This document shows positions 1-14,620 of a DNA stretch of 64,000 nt, in pieces. Under the pieces are notes generated by a model that searched no databases, was not told the origin of the DNA, and was given only the letters and a program-made list of their open reading frames with translations. Position 1 is the stretch's first letter; every line of letters starts with the position of its first letter. The stretch lies in contig CM119266.1 in NCBI GenBank assembly GCA_051294375.1, positions 12,067,180 through 12,131,179 of the forward strand, written 5' to 3'. A program made the translations under genes and the position numbers. This stretch comes from Paraspadella gotoi (lineage: Eukaryota; Animalia; Chaetognatha).

Positions 1-320
1 GGCAGTTTTTAATTGTTTACGGACAGAAGGATTGCATGATTAAATGACTGGAGACTGGAGAGCGTAACTTAACGTGAATGAATTTGTTTCGCTCTAATTC
101 AAGCGGATATTTAACAACCCGACAGAATAAATAAAACATGAAACGAGTAATTCATAGAATAGGTGCGATCAAATTTAAAATGGTGGAAAGAAGGAAAGAG
201 CGTGAAAAGAGTAAAGACACTAATGATCTCAGTGAGAATAATGATCGAATCACGCCATTTGTCGAACTCTGATCACCGGTGACAAATTAACGAGAAAATC
301 CGACGCCGAATTGGGAGAGC

Positions 321-380
<60 letters not shown>

Positions 381-495
381 GAGAGAGAGAAGAGAGAGAG
401 GACAGTGAGGAGAAAGACGAGAGAGAGAGAGATAGAAAGACCTATAATCCCCTCAAACCCCAACACCACACGACAAAGATCACAAATCGTCAAAC

Positions 496-1939
496 CTGAA
501 AAAATTGGGTTTGTCGTCCAACGGTTGATACCCGATCATGGTGGTTCCTTCTTCCATGAGACGCCCCTTGATGAGCGGCGCCACTGAGCCGAGTTTCCCT
601 TTTGTTTGTAGACTCAACGACGACGAATCCAACAAAGAGACTTCGGGGTCATCGGCTTCGTCTCCGCCATTCTTCGCCGCCGTTTCCATGGTGACGGCGT
701 CCCTCAACGAGGGCGGAACGAACCTGTTTTCAAACCGACTTCGGGTTATGGAACATGCAAGATTAGACCTTTTCAGTTTTTTTTTTTTTTTTTTATATTT
801 TAACTGGTGATATTAAACGTAGCAAAAAAAGTTGATCAAACCGATCAAATCAATCAATCAATCACCAAAAGTTGACGTTGACCATCTGCGGATCGGAGGC
901 GACGAGACGAAACCTCGGGAATCGATGGCCAAGTTCCTTCAAGGATTCCATCGCCAGTCGGAAGAGGTCGTCGATTTGACGCTCGAAGCCCGAGTCACCC
1001 TGTACGATGAGGATGTTTTTGTTAATTTTGACATCTACGCAGGTCTTGGAAAGCAATTTATAGCAAAGTGGAAAAAACCCCTGGTCTCATTGATACCGTG
1101 GCCGTTTGAATTATGACAAACAATTTTTATAACGTTTTTGTCACCGAGATTTTTATAAAACTGTGATGGAAAGAGTAAGAGAGAGAGAGAGAAAGAGAGA
1201 GACAGACAGACAGATGCTCTGTTTGCCAGATGAGTCGCTTTTTTTTGGGGGGGGAGCGAGAAAACTAAATCGAGCGAAAAAAGAATTTGACCTCCGGAAA
1301 TGGCGCGCGATTCCGAACCTCGTTGGGAGATCATGGAATCAAAGATGGAGGGAAAAGAAATAGCGGGGAAAAAAAGGGAGAGAGAAAAAGATTATGTAGG
1401 AAAAGAATGACGCTTTTAAGAAAGAATAATAGCAAGATGTTATAAAGGATCTAATATATACCATTGCTTTGGTCTCGGTTCAGAGAAAGGGTGAAATTTT
1501 ATATTTTTCAAGCGACAGTTTTCTTGAAAACCGAGAATACGTATTTGGAGTTAACGGCATCAATGTCTTGTTTTAACTACTTTAATCGATTTTAAACCTT
1601 TTTAAACCTTTTTAACCAATAATCTGCAGTCTTGATAGAAACCCTAGAAATCTGGGCAAATAACATTAAATTGAAACAATTTTTCGCTCCAAATTGACTC
1701 AAACTACGACAACGACAACAACAATAGCAACAACGACCTTTGATTTCCAAGTCAACCAGAGTTTAAAAACGTCGTTTCTCCTCCCGCACTGAATATGCTT
1801 GTCCCCCTTGTCGTAACTCGTGTCGTAGTGCTTGTCCTTTTGGAACAGGTAAGCGGCCCCTACGCCGTTGCAATCTTGCAGCACATTCTGCGCGCGGGGA
1901 AAGGAAAATGAAGAAAAGGAAAAAGGGAGAAAAGAAAAG

Positions 1940-2004
<65 letters not shown>

Positions 2005-2115
2005 AGAGAGAGGGAGGGTGAACGCGCGTGCGTGCGTCCTACATTTTAAGGCGAGAAATTACGACTTCGAAGGTCGACTCTCTCTCTTCTCTCTCTCTTC
2101 TCTCTCCTCTCTCTT

Positions 2116-2152
<37 letters not shown>

Positions 2153-3441
2153 CTCTCTCTCTCTTTACTCTTCTCTCGTCTCTTCTCTCGTCTCGTCTCT
2201 ATCTCTCTCTCTCTCTCTCTCTCTCCTGCGCTCGGGCGCCGGTTATTTACCTAATCCACTCCTTTTTTTCACTCTCCCCTCCTCCCGGCTCTCGCCTTGT
2301 GCCGGGAAAGAAGCAGCGAGCACTGGAGGTTGCAGCCCATGAGTTTATGAGGATTCCAGGTGACGGAGTCGGCGCGATGGATTCCTCTCAACAGTCGACG
2401 CCATCTTTGGGAGAGAAGGGCGCCGCCGCCCCACGCCGCCTGGGGAGAAGGGTTAGTTACTGGGTAAGTAGTGTTGAGCTTCAGTTATTTACTCTCTAAA
2501 AACTCACGTCGACGTGCAGCCATAATCCGTATCGATCACAGACTTGGGCGATTTCCTCAATGGGGTCGAAAGCGCCGAAAACTGTTGTTCCCGCCGTCGC
2601 TATGACGACGAACGGGCTTTCCGGGGACGACGATGACAAAGAAGACGTGATGGCCGCCTCCAAGTCCCTGGGGGAATAAAAAAAACATTAACTCGAATCA
2701 TTTATAGGTCATAAAACTGCTGATTGTAGAAGGGAAATTGAAAAATTATGAGAAAACTTAGATTTCAAAGAGAAATCTTAAAATATAAATAAATTAACAA
2801 ATAAATAAATAAATCAGGATAGATCCTTCCCTACCGCCAGGGCCTTCTCTCTCTCGGCGAGCCTTCTCTTCCACCTCTCACTGTTCCCTTCCTCCTCTTC
2901 CTCTCCCTATTCTCCTCCTTCTCATCCCCGCGGAGTTCATCGCCGATCGGGCCCCAGTTTTTACTCTCACTCTCGGCGACTGAAGGCCGCGCGACTTCCT
3001 CTCCCTTCTCCCTTTTACATGTACTTGTGATTGCTGAGCCTTACCTTACCATTTCCATTATACTCTTAACCTTACCTTATTTTTTTCTTGTCAAGAGAGT
3101 CGTCAGCCCATATCCCTCGATAGATACATACCTTTAGAGTGACTCCCAATCAGGCATCACCCCAAGGTTAACCTTCCCCAGGATTGAGAGTCCTCTGCTT
3201 AACCGGCACTTTAATAAAAATAAACTCGCCCAACCCACCCAAATCTTTCCCTTTAACCCTCCTTACCTCCTCTCTCTTTTTATCTCTTCGCGCAAAACGG
3301 ACAAAACGAAAATAAACATCATTCTTATTCATCACCTTATTATTTTCCCTGTCCAGATAGTAGTCAGTCCATATCCCTAAATAAATAAATAAATAAATAA
3401 ATAGATCAATAAATCAATAAATCAATAAAAAAATTAAACAG

Positions 3442-3512
<71 letters not shown>

Positions 3513-3861
3513 GTAATAATAACAACAATAATAATAAGATAAGTCAGGGGCAAAATAGCTTATTTATAAAATGAACGGATAATTTTTATATTGATTGTAC
3601 CAATTTCATAAATAAGCAAAATAACCAAACAAAAAGAGGAATTTCTCAATTTCCCATTTCGCCCTTTGCCCTAACCTCGCCTTCGCTTCACCTCAACCTC
3701 ACCCTTACCTCGGCCTTACCTCACCCTCATGACGCCCGTCTTCTCCTCGACGGGGATTTTTCTCATGTTTTCGATCCCGATGCCAACCAGAGAGGCCGCT
3801 TTCATCACCGAGTAATGGCTCTGGATGGAGAGAGGAGGAGAGAAGAGGGTCAGGGTCGAGA

Positions 3862-3899
<38 letters not shown>

Positions 3900-6800
3900 A
3901 GAGACACGGAATGGCAATGAAGCGAACGAAGGAGGTGTTGAGAGGTCAACCCATATAATCCCTCTTGTCACTCCCTCTTCCACCATCACACAGCGCCCGC
4001 GATTCCACACAGGAGACAGCTTTTCATTTTTCTCTTCCGCTTCGAATCGATGACGACAAGTATGAGAAGCGACGGCGCGATAAAAACTGGTCGCTGTCAG
4101 GCCCCGTCAACGACAAATCACAGCTCTCGTTTCAATTCTTTTTTATATATATTTTTAAATCTTTTTTAAAATGTCAATTTACAGTTTTTTTTCCCCCTCT
4201 TTTTCCCAGCTGTTTTTTTTCCCTGAGACTGTTCTTCTGTTTCGTTACCATTGAAATTTCCCCTTTTTCTTTATTAATTTTTCCTCACCTATTTTTTAGC
4301 TTTCTTCTTTGCGCTTTTCCTCAGTTTTCCTCGCTTCTAATTCCAAATTAACTCGGTGGGGGCGTTGCCCACCTTCCAAAGATTCTACGTCACTCTCAAC
4401 CTTACCAATTCCGATCCCATCCCCCCGACCAAATCACGTGGGCGGAAGCGAATCCGACGAGTTGTTTTCCCGCGCCGGAATTCCCTCGCGTCTTCGTTTC
4501 CGGCGCCGCGTGGAATCGCGCCGCGGAGACGGCGATGACGTTGGCAATGGAACCGCCGGGGGCGAAGACGCCGTCTCCCTCGGGAAAACCAACCTGGTTT
4601 TTTTTTGGACGTTGGTTCCATTTTGTGGAAAGGAACGGAAGGATGTTAGTAATGTCATAGGAAAATGTTGTAAGCATTGCTCGTGTTTGTGTAACGTAAC
4701 TTAATTTAAGTTAAGTTAATTAAAGTTAAGTTAATTAATTAAGTTAATTAATTAAGTTAATTAATTTTACCATAAAACAAATTATGATTACATTCGGAGT
4801 CTTTTAAAAGTATACCGCAAAGGATTCTGAAATGTGCAACTCTACTGTCTTAGCCTAATATATTCATTCTCCTGCAACAAGAACATCAACGAAACCTAAT
4901 GGTCAAAGTAAAAGACGCAAAAAATTATTTTCTGTCTTCTTTCTGGTCGTTATGATAAATAGAGAAAACGGCGTTGTCAACATGTCATACCTTCGCCAGC
5001 ATCTTTTTAATGATGACGTCCTCCATCAAGGTAAACACTGGCGCCACCTAAAAACGGCAACGAACAAATGGTCATACAAAACAATACCATGTGGGTCCGA
5101 AAAAAAATGAAAAAATGGCGGAAAAAAAGATAATTAGAAAAAAAAAGAAAAAAGAAGGAAAGAGAATGTAAACAGATGACGAGAGACAAAACGGAAGGAC
5201 GCGAGAGAAACACAAAGACGATACATGACGGAGAGGAACATGGAAAGATTATAGTTTTTCTTCACCGAGGAAGACGAGAAGAGAAGACGTTTTGAAAAAA
5301 AAAAAAGAAGAAAAATTGAAATCCGGGAGGGAAAAGGGCAAATCAAGATGGCGGGCGACGCCGGAGGAAAGAAAAGGGACATTGTAGATCCGGGAGGGAA
5401 AATGGCAAATCAAGATGGCGGGCGACGCCGGAGGAAAGAAAAGGGACATTGTAGATCCGGGAGGGAAAATGGCAAATCAAGATGGCGGGCGACGCCGGAG
5501 GAAAGAAAAGGGACATTGTAGATCCGGGAGGGAAAATGGCAAATCAAGATGGCGGGCGACGCCGGTGGAAAGAAAAATGACCTCGTAGGTGAACATGTTG
5601 GAATTGGCGACGGCGGCGAGCCAATCTCCGCACATGGAAACGACGTCGTGACCGTTGGATAATTGGTTGAAAAATTTGGGATGACCTGGTGAAATAAAAA
5701 TTACATTATGGTAAAATTATATTTATCAAATGAACATCGACATCTAACTTGCCAGATTTGACTTGATATTTGAGAGTGTCTTTGCAAGCTTCCAACAGAG
5801 AATCCAAACACGCGGGATCTTTTTCGATTTGCAATTCGAGAATTTCCTTTAATTGATGTGGATGATGGAAATTCAAAACCTAAAAAATAATATTGGGGGC
5901 AAGATAGCTTATTTATTAAATGAATGAATAATTTTATATTAGTGGTACCAATTTGATAAAATTCATCTCCTTTTATTCTAATGCTGGGCGGAGTACAATA
6001 TAGTATTCCTCGATCTAATATTTTCATACAATGGAAACATTCTTTGAAATATCATACCACCTCATCGATAGGGAAGCCAGGCACTCTGGGAGTGAATAAA
6101 CAAGACTGTGAGTCTTGATTAAAAGCTCGCGGGGACCTGCTATGTCATCATCTTGTAGGAGTGATGGAGGCAGGTTAGCTTATTTATTAAATGAATGGAT
6201 TATTTTATATTGGTTGTACCAATTTCATAATTTAAAAATCAGGCCCTTTTTTTTTAACAATAAGACATGGATTGGATTTTACGGAAAACCGATATTTGGG
6301 GAGACTTTTAAGTTAAACATAGTACTAGTACCTTTGCGTTTCTGTCGCTTTGCTTTTTCAAATATTCCATGAACAACTCGACGAGTTCCGTGATAAAATT
6401 AAAAGTCCTTTGTTGAACGAGAGGCCCCTCCCCCAGGGGCAGAAGATCTGAGTTTAATTTCAGAAAAAATAATGGGATTTTGAGAAAATTATTGGCAAAG
6501 TCAGTGGGCGAAGAAAATAAACAAGAAATATTTTTTTTTAAAATGTCACAAGAGTCGACCGAATTCTAAAATTTAAAATTAAATTCGAATTTAACTTTAA
6601 AAAACTGCGGGAAAAAATATTTGGTATCGGAATCAAATCCATTTTCAATTGATTGCTTTTTAAATACATAAGCTTAGCATGGTAATATTAGAATATAAAA
6701 AATTAACAAAAAACAAGCCATTCGTCATGATTATCATCTCATAGTAGACAATCGTCGCGATATTTAAAATGTCGAGTTGGTTAAAAACAATAAAATTAAA

Positions 6801-7155
6801 TTAGGTAGCGCGAGGGGTTGGAAATTTTGCAATATTTCATCGATGTGTGATTTTCATCTTAATAATTTTGATTTATTAGTATGAAAAATTGAGGACCGAT
6901 AAAAAACAAAAGACACTCACCCATCGCGTGAAGTCGAAGAAAGTCGTGAGACTTGCTCCCCCAGTCGCCGCCTCCGAGTCCAAACGAATCCCGTCCTTCG
7001 GTCGTCGTCGGCGACGACCAGATCGGCGACGGCGCCGGCGCCGGTTGCCGGGAATCCTCCGGCATTTCGGCGTCGTCGTCGGCGATGACGTTGTAATCGA
7101 CGAGGCGGTTGGTCCACATGTTGGACGGGATGCTGCGACTTTTCAAAAACGACAT
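496..7155 (-). CDS. GAD: Glutamate decarboxylase (group II PLP-dependent decarboxylase), spliced, 3'-partial
   Basis: Exons join in frame (minus strand, in order): 6921-7155, 6332-6447, 5753-5879, 5582-5685, 4991-5047, 4438-4593, 3720-3820, 2508-2667, 2296-2439, 1738-1887, 866-999, 496-723 (~570 codons). Motifs: [87 protein letters not shown] (PLP lysine), [37 protein letters not shown] and NMF are GAD-type rather than CSAD/GADL1-type (NQLF, SQY). The final ~30-aa exon was not found in 1-495. Confidence 0.93.
3445..3535. repeat. (TAA)n microsatellite in a GAD intron
   Basis: Visible long TAA run. Confidence 0.95.
3541..3611 (+). repeat. Copy of a ~70-bp dispersed AT-rich repeat family
   Basis: AAGTCAGGGGCAAAATAGCTTATTTAT...TTGTACCAATTTCATAA. 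Related copies lie at ~5895-5960 and ~6171-6230 (+), and at ~27101-27166, ~21753-21778 and ~36220-36290 (-). Confidence 0.75.
5321..5577. repeat. 67-bp minisatellite, ~3.8 copies, in GAD intron 4
   Basis: Unit GATCCGGGAGGGAAAATGGCAAATCAAGATGGCGGGCGACGCCGGAGGAAAGAAAAGGGACATTGTA, with starts at 5387, 5454 and 5521. Confidence 0.95.
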
Positions 7156-7558
7156 CTCGACTAGACTTGCAGGCTGATAAAAATCTTAACAATGCAATGT
7201 TTTTTTAGGAACTAATGGTATGATAAATATTCACGAAGAAAAGTATAAATACGAAAACCTATTTCAGTCTCTCCTTCAAAAATACAGAGTCGATATCGGG
7301 GCGTGGATTCTGGTCTGCGTTTTTGGCTTTTATAGGCGCAAAATGTCCTTGAGGGGAAAAGGAAAGACTTTGGTTCGTGTTCACGAATACCAAAGAGATA
7401 GAATGGTGGGGAGAGGATTTTTTTACGGGATGCCCATTGCCCAGTCACACCCAAAATTTTTTTTAATATAAACTTTAGAGAATTAACGAGCATTCAATGA
7501 GAGAGTCTTGAAGGAATCTGAAGCCGTCATGCGTTAATACTATTGTCTGTTGTCTATT

Positions 7559-7624
<66 letters not shown>

Positions 7625-7990
7625 CCTCTCTTCTTCTCCATCTCTTATCCACCACAAACGTGCGAAAGAGTGCGGGGCAGCACGAGTAAAGAGAAAGAAT
7701 AAAATGATAGAGAGATTTTCGTTTATGGTTTTATTGTTAGCGTGAAGTAAGTCACAGTTACATCTTATAAAAAATAGTGTAAGAAATAAAAGAAGAGAAA
7801 ATAAGATAAGAGACACAAAACTCGGTTAGCGAGTTGGTAAGTTTCCTGGCGCCGGAAACTCTGGAGAATAAGTCACGCATCGCTCCCGGTCGATGCCGGA
7901 GAAGAAAGAGGCTAAGAGATTTTTCCATCGGGAAAACGGGGACGTTCTCGGTGGAGAAAGGAGGTTAACCGCGCTTGACCCGAGTGAGTG

Positions 7991-8102
<112 letters not shown>

Positions 8103-8952
8103 TTGATTTGCGTAAAATATTAAGAGAGAGTGAAGAGGAAACTTGATTTCTTCTGATGATTCACCTTAACGATTCGACCCCAAGCGCCCTCTCAGTTCGA
8201 CTCTTCCGTCGTCGCGAGAGAAGGTTAATTCGGCAACAACGAAGTCGGATAATGCGGGAAGGTTGACTGGGTGAATCCGGAGTTCTTCGGGAGAATGCGA
8301 TGAAGATGTCGTTGCGAGCGAAAAGGGTTGACTTTTTTTTTCGGTCCGTCCCGGCGACCCGCCCTCGGGCGGAGAACTTTCTACGAAGAATTCGTTTGCC
8401 GAAAGAGAAAGCGGACTGGGCTAATTCGAAAAAATGGGATGACTGCTTGCATAACTGAATACACTAATCTAAAAAAATTGCAAATCCTTTTACATAAGTG
8501 AATAGACGAATCCCCAAAAAAATGGGTTTGGATTATTTTCGTGGGGGGAAAATATGAGGCCACGGTGAGTCTGAGCTTTGATCCTTTGCCGACAAAACTG
8601 AAACAATGATTCGCAGAATTAGAACATGAGACATTCAAAATTTTAGTCATGGATAATGGATATTGCTTATACTTTCCAAAAAGTTAATACGGAATAAAGT
8701 TGATGCCCAAACTAAAAGAGAATAATATGGAGATCCTAGATAATTTCTTTTTTCCAATATCGATTAGAAAGACTGTGTTTTCCGGTCGGTAAAAGACCTC
8801 GTTTTCTTGTTTCCTTCAATCTGCTTTCGTTTTATCCCACGAAAACGTTTATGGGGACCTGATTGAATTCGTGACAAAATAAGGGGAAAAAGTGTCGACG
8901 TCATGGAACCCACGATCGAGGATTCGAGAGGCCGGAAAGTGGAAAGAGGCGA

Positions 8953-9082
<130 letters not shown>

Positions 9083-12000
9083 CCTCTCCTACTCATTTCC
9101 AAACAACAACAGTTGCAACTTCTGTTTTCTCAGAAAAGTCGATGAAAAATGCAAAACCTTGCGTCTCTCGTGGAAGAGTTTGTCAATTTTTAAATCGGTT
9201 TATCTCATTTGGAACCTGGGGAAGTGGGGAACGCATTTCCTTCTCGAATCTCTTTTCTTCCTTTGGCTTATTTTTCCTTTCGGTTTCTTTTCCTCCATTA
9301 GTATGTCTTTTCTTTCTTGAAACTTTCTTTTTTTTAAATTTTCTTTTTTTTTTCCTCCGCAATCGGCGTTGTCTTCCTCGTCGTAGAACAAAACTGTCCT
9401 CCCTGTGCAATTTACTTTTCAAAGAAAAAAAAACTAATTTACATTTTACAGTAACCTACTTGTAATTTGTGACAACCTTTAAAGACATTGCATTAATTTA
9501 TTTTTGAATAATTACTTATCTTCAAAAATTCATAATTTTTTTTAAATCAGGGACAAGTGACTGAGCGTGATCTTAATTTTTTTTTTATTGTAACGGAATC
9601 TTTCTCGTTATTCTCTCCGTCGCACTGACGGGAGAATTACCATCTTTGTAGAGGTCGCCTCGTCTTGGTCATCGAACTCTCATCTTCTTCGTCTTCATCG
9701 TTGTCGTCATTGTCGCTGTCGTCGTCTTCTTCCTCGTTTATTTTTGGCTCGGACTGTTGGTCGCGTTCGCGGCGCCCGTGACTCGTCGGACATCGGGCAA
9801 TCCAGTCCGTATTGATCCCCGGATTATGGACCGGCGACGGTCGAAGAAGGCGGATGCGACATTTCCTCACGCAACTTTCTCCGGAGACCATAATGTATGT
9901 TAAGATTTGTTAAATAAAAACAACTTTTTTTTTTAGTTTTAGGATTAAAATAACTTCCTTCCTCCCATTTCACTCCCCAACCTACCCGTAAAAAAATCAA
10001 AGCGGGCGAAAAAACCGAGGGGGAACCCGAAAACCCCAAGAGTTTTGAAGAAGGGTGGGCATCGAACTGGAGATGGTTAGGAAGTGGGGGGGGGGGAGGT
10101 CCAAACAGCGGAGGCGGGGAATGTGGTTCGATCGAATTCCGATACCAAAATGACCTCACTTAAAACCATGAAAGAATTTGAATCATAGAGGCAAAGGAAA
10201 GAGAAGATCTATTATTCTGGAATCTCGATTGTGGAAAAATTACAAAGCCGGATATCGGATTGGTATAATTCGACTACTTTTGTTAGCTCGGTATATATGT
10301 CTCTGTACAGTGTACAGTGTATATAATACTATATATTTACCATTTTTTGTAAACATTGTAATATTTCTTACTTTTCATTTTATATATATTTATCATTATA
10401 AATTTTTTCTCGAATCAAAAAGATGCATAGAAGGATTTCTAAAGTTTAACATACACAACATAAAACAACAAAAAAAAAAAAAAGCAAAAAAAAACAAAAA
10501 AAAACAACAAAAAAAAAAAGAATTCAGCGTCAGATGCAAAAATAATATGTTAAGCGAGGAAAGGAGCTTTTATTCGGGGAGATGCCGGCCGGACGCCGGC
10601 CGGACGATCAGCGACACCGGCCGGAGAATGGCCGATTCTGTCCGACCGATCGAGAAAGCAAACGCAGCTGTCAAAGTCGTGACCTTCGCGAATCCTTTCC
10701 TTGCATCAATCGTGTGGAGGTGGATGAGTGTGGGTAGTTATAAGTGTTGACTGTGGACTATGGAGAGATGAAAATGAAAAGTTGTGGTCGGGCTATGGGA
10801 GCGATTACAGAGGTCGGAAAGGTGATCTCTTCCTTGGCTTCGAAGAAAAGGATCCTCATGAAAATTTAAGAGACTTAGAAAGCGAAATTCGATGGAAGCG
10901 ACTCATTGGTTTTTCGATTTATTTCACAGCCGAATTTTGAAATACACATCGATTTCTGACTTGTAATAATTAATAGAGGAGTGAATAGAGATCAGTGATT
11001 ATTTTGATGAATTTTAAAATGAAATTCGGTAGTTATTCGACATTGAAAATTAATTATAAATCTTTTTCTAAGTTTTGAATCCCTACCATTTTGAGTTTAT
11101 TTTGACCAAAGTAGTAAGGACATCGAGGCTCTGGCCATATGTACCTTAAAAATAAAATTATCGACAACAACAACAGCCACAACAATAACGACGACGATGA
11201 CGACGACTCCTAAAGGAAGACAAGGCTTTGAAGAGTCCGACCTCGCGCCGAAAAAGAGGGCGACAATCCTAGCATCACCGACTAAGATGAGTCTGCCGCT
11301 GCTGCCGCCGCCGCCGCCGCCGCCTCCGCCTCCGCCGCCGCCTCCTCCGCCCGCCGCACCTTGATGAGGGGTCGGCGTCGAAGAAAATGGGGTTATCGAC
11401 GCCGGTTCGTCGCGGTTTCGCTCTGACGTCATCGCTGGGTACGAGATTAAGAAAAGGGCGACGGTAGGAAGATGGCGGGAGGCACCGGATGGCACTGTGA
11501 AAGCGACTTGGGGAAATTACAATAGCACGAAGATGGCCCTTCGAGAATGACTAAAACTATGGCGATGCTTCGAAGATAGTGGATTGCACATGAAAAATAG
11601 TTGGAAAACGGCGTGGAAAAATGCTATGTCGCTGATGGCGCTTTGACAGTAACGTGAGGATTTATTAAAAAAGAGCTAAAGAGTGCCAGAATAGCAGACT
11701 ACATTTCAGGATCTAGGAGCGATTAGGAAATGGCGCGGAATCGCCACTCGCCTCGCGTGATGACGAGAATCTCATCAAGATATTCAATTAGGAGCTCTCA
11801 CTCGGCATCGACCTAATCACGTTATCCTTTGGAATAAAAAGAAACAAAAAAAATTTATAGATTCTTTTAAAAAATCTTTCTGCGATTAAAAAAAATCTGA
11901 ATTCTCCTTGGTTTATTTATTTCCATCCGTACTCGGAAAGAAAAACGATAAATTACTAATTATATGTACGTAGTAAACGAAGTCACCATGAAGATAAAGT

Positions 12001-14620
12001 GTGACAACTTTTTTAAAGATTCTAACCAACAATTATATAAGGTTTAATTAACTTAACAAAAAAACTTTCTTCTCGAGTCAGGCGGAAGCGCAGAAGATTA
12101 TTCGAACATGAGGAGCGTGCGAGAGCGAGAGGGAGAGCGAGAGACCGACGCCACGGGCTCCGTGGAGGAGGAACTGGGCGAAGGGTAAACAAGGAGAGAG
12201 TCTAGAGTCTTTAGATAAGAAAAAATAGAGAAAAGGAGAAAAAAAAGAGAGAAAGAGACGAAAGAAAGAGAAAAAAATAAAAAAAGGAGAGAAAAGTAAG
12301 AGAAGAGAAGAGAAGAGAAGAGAGAAGAAAGAAGCGTAAAATTAGGGAAAAAGGGAGAAAAAAGGAGAAAACGTCTCACTGATGGAGAGTTAAGGCGAGG
12401 AAGGAAAAAAAAAACAAATGAGTCTTGAGACGGAAGGAGAAACGGTTTGACTTTAGGAGGATTAAAAGGAATGAGAACAATCTATGTAAGGGACTCAGGT
12501 CTCTTTTAACTGAAGGAAAAGGATAGGGAAATTGGGGTGAGGGGGGGAAGCAAATGGGAATGACCTAAATGTCGAAGCGTCGCTTAAGTTTTAATGGGAC
12601 CGTCCGATCAATTGTAACAAAAGCAAAAGAAGAAGCGGAAAAGAATTGTTAAAAGAAAAGGAAATGACTGGGTAGACCCGAAGAAGGCAGAGAACGAAAG
12701 GCTAAGAGAGTTCTTTCTATTTGCGGAGACAGAACCAGAAATTCAGTTTGCGCTTTGAAAAAGGAACCCTTAAATTACTCAAGCGAGAAAACCTAGTTTT
12801 TTTTTCGGTTTAAGTTTCAAGCGAGTTCGGAGTCGTTTTTTTTTTGGTTTGTTTTAACTAGCTCGGAACTTTTAAATCAGATTCGACTAAGTCACTATTT
12901 ATATCGCATTTTATATGAATGTGATGAAAGTCTGAACGCCTGACGATGTATCTGCCTGAAAGAATCTATTTTGGGAATGAGAATGATGAGGTGGAACATT
13001 GAGACAGGTCAGCGGGGAGGGGAGAAGGAAGGAAAAGAGGGAGGGAGAGGGGGGAGAGTGGGGGAGAGGGGGGAGAGGGTGGGTGAGAGAGGGAAAGAGG
13101 GAGAGAGATAGAAAATGCCTCAGAAATCACTTCGAGTTAAATGAGATATAAAGTGACATCTGATTATGTCTATTCCCGAAAGTATCATAGCGCATTAGAA
13201 ATAATTTTTCCGTTATATTAAAGTTTTTTTTCTTTCTCAAAGAAGCAGTTTTAATACAATCAAATCTTAGACGCGATGTGACAATGGGTCAATGATGTGA
13301 CTATAATATAGTTATATTGCCACCAGCAATGTATCCAACGGTAGACTAGAGAGAACATTGACGTCTGATAGAAATAGATGTCAAAATCATTTCTAATTTT
13401 TGGAACTTAAATTTTCATGCAAACTCGAACTTGGACGAACGCTACGGAAGGTCACTCTAAAATTTTTCGTAACTTCTAAAAATCGTTAACAATAAATCAA
13501 AGATTAACTGTTGTCATGGGAACGCAGAATCATATTCACGGGCCAAAGGTTAAAACCGACGAAATACTACATATTTTTTCTTCGCTTTGTACATCAGTTT
13601 CGAATTTGAACATGTCGTATATACAAACTTACACGGCGGGTGAAAATAAAACAATTACAAACTCGTTAAAATCGCTACAGTATTCAGGCAATAAAAAAAA
13701 AATCGGCATAATCATTGGCCTTGGTTTTGAAATGAAAGTTGGGCTCGGTCTGAGATATTTCTGGCTTCAGGCCGGACCGGTCAATGGTTTAGGATACGCT
13801 GGTATATCTAACTTAACGACTACCCGCTAATCTCGTTTATCTATTTCGATAATAAGATCCACTGGGAAAAATGCAGGTTGGTTAGTGTCAGTTCGTTAGG
13901 TATGATATCGAACTCGTCGCTTTTGAATATATTCGGGCGAATTCGTCGTTGTACGGACTAAAAGCGACTTTTAGAGTCACGATTCGAATATTTTCGGGCA
14001 TCAATCACTCCTGCAGAATCTACTTATCACAAAGTTTCGTTCTTTAAGACTTCCCTCTCGTTTCACAATAACTTAATAAGCGGAAAAAGAATACAGGATA
14101 GAGCACAAAGGAATGATTTGTACACAGAGGCGATTTTTTTTTGGCTGACGGCGATTAGATATAGCGCCTCTTGTGGTGAACAGCGAAACAACAACACGAC
14201 AAAAACAAAATCGGAAGAAAAAATAAAAAACAAGGGAAATTTAAACGAATGAATCATCGGCTTAAAAAAAATAATAACCGCCGCGTCATTCGAATCATAT
14301 TTTTGTTATCATAAGGCACTAGGATATGTTTATTATTCTTTTTGGTACGTTAATCCTACGTAATAACGGCTAATAACCACTAATCGTTTATCTATTTATC
14401 CGGCGTTCCAAAGTTCGTTTTGTTTTGATTTATTCTCATGAAAAATTAAAAAAAAAAGAATATAAATAAACACGAATTATCACGTGACGCTCGGCCGACG
14501 CCTCATTCCCCGGCGCGCACCGCTTCTTCGTCGCTCGAATCCCGGCGTCATCCTCGGCGCGCTCTTAACCCGGCGCCCCATTTTCACCACCGCCCACTTC
14601 TCCCGTCCCTTCCCCCGAAA

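Noticed and set aside
496-7155. CSAD/GADL1/aspartate decarboxylase assignment for the decarboxylase
   Set aside because: The specificity residues read NQLS and NSNMF (GAD-type). GDKHIQ resembles insect ADC, so phylogeny should confirm the call.
9637-9891. GC-rich minus-strand ORF ending at a GT donor, as an upstream GAD coding exon
   Set aside because: Its phase 2 end does not fit the phase-0 acceptor before 7155 and it has no recognisable homology. It may be UTR.
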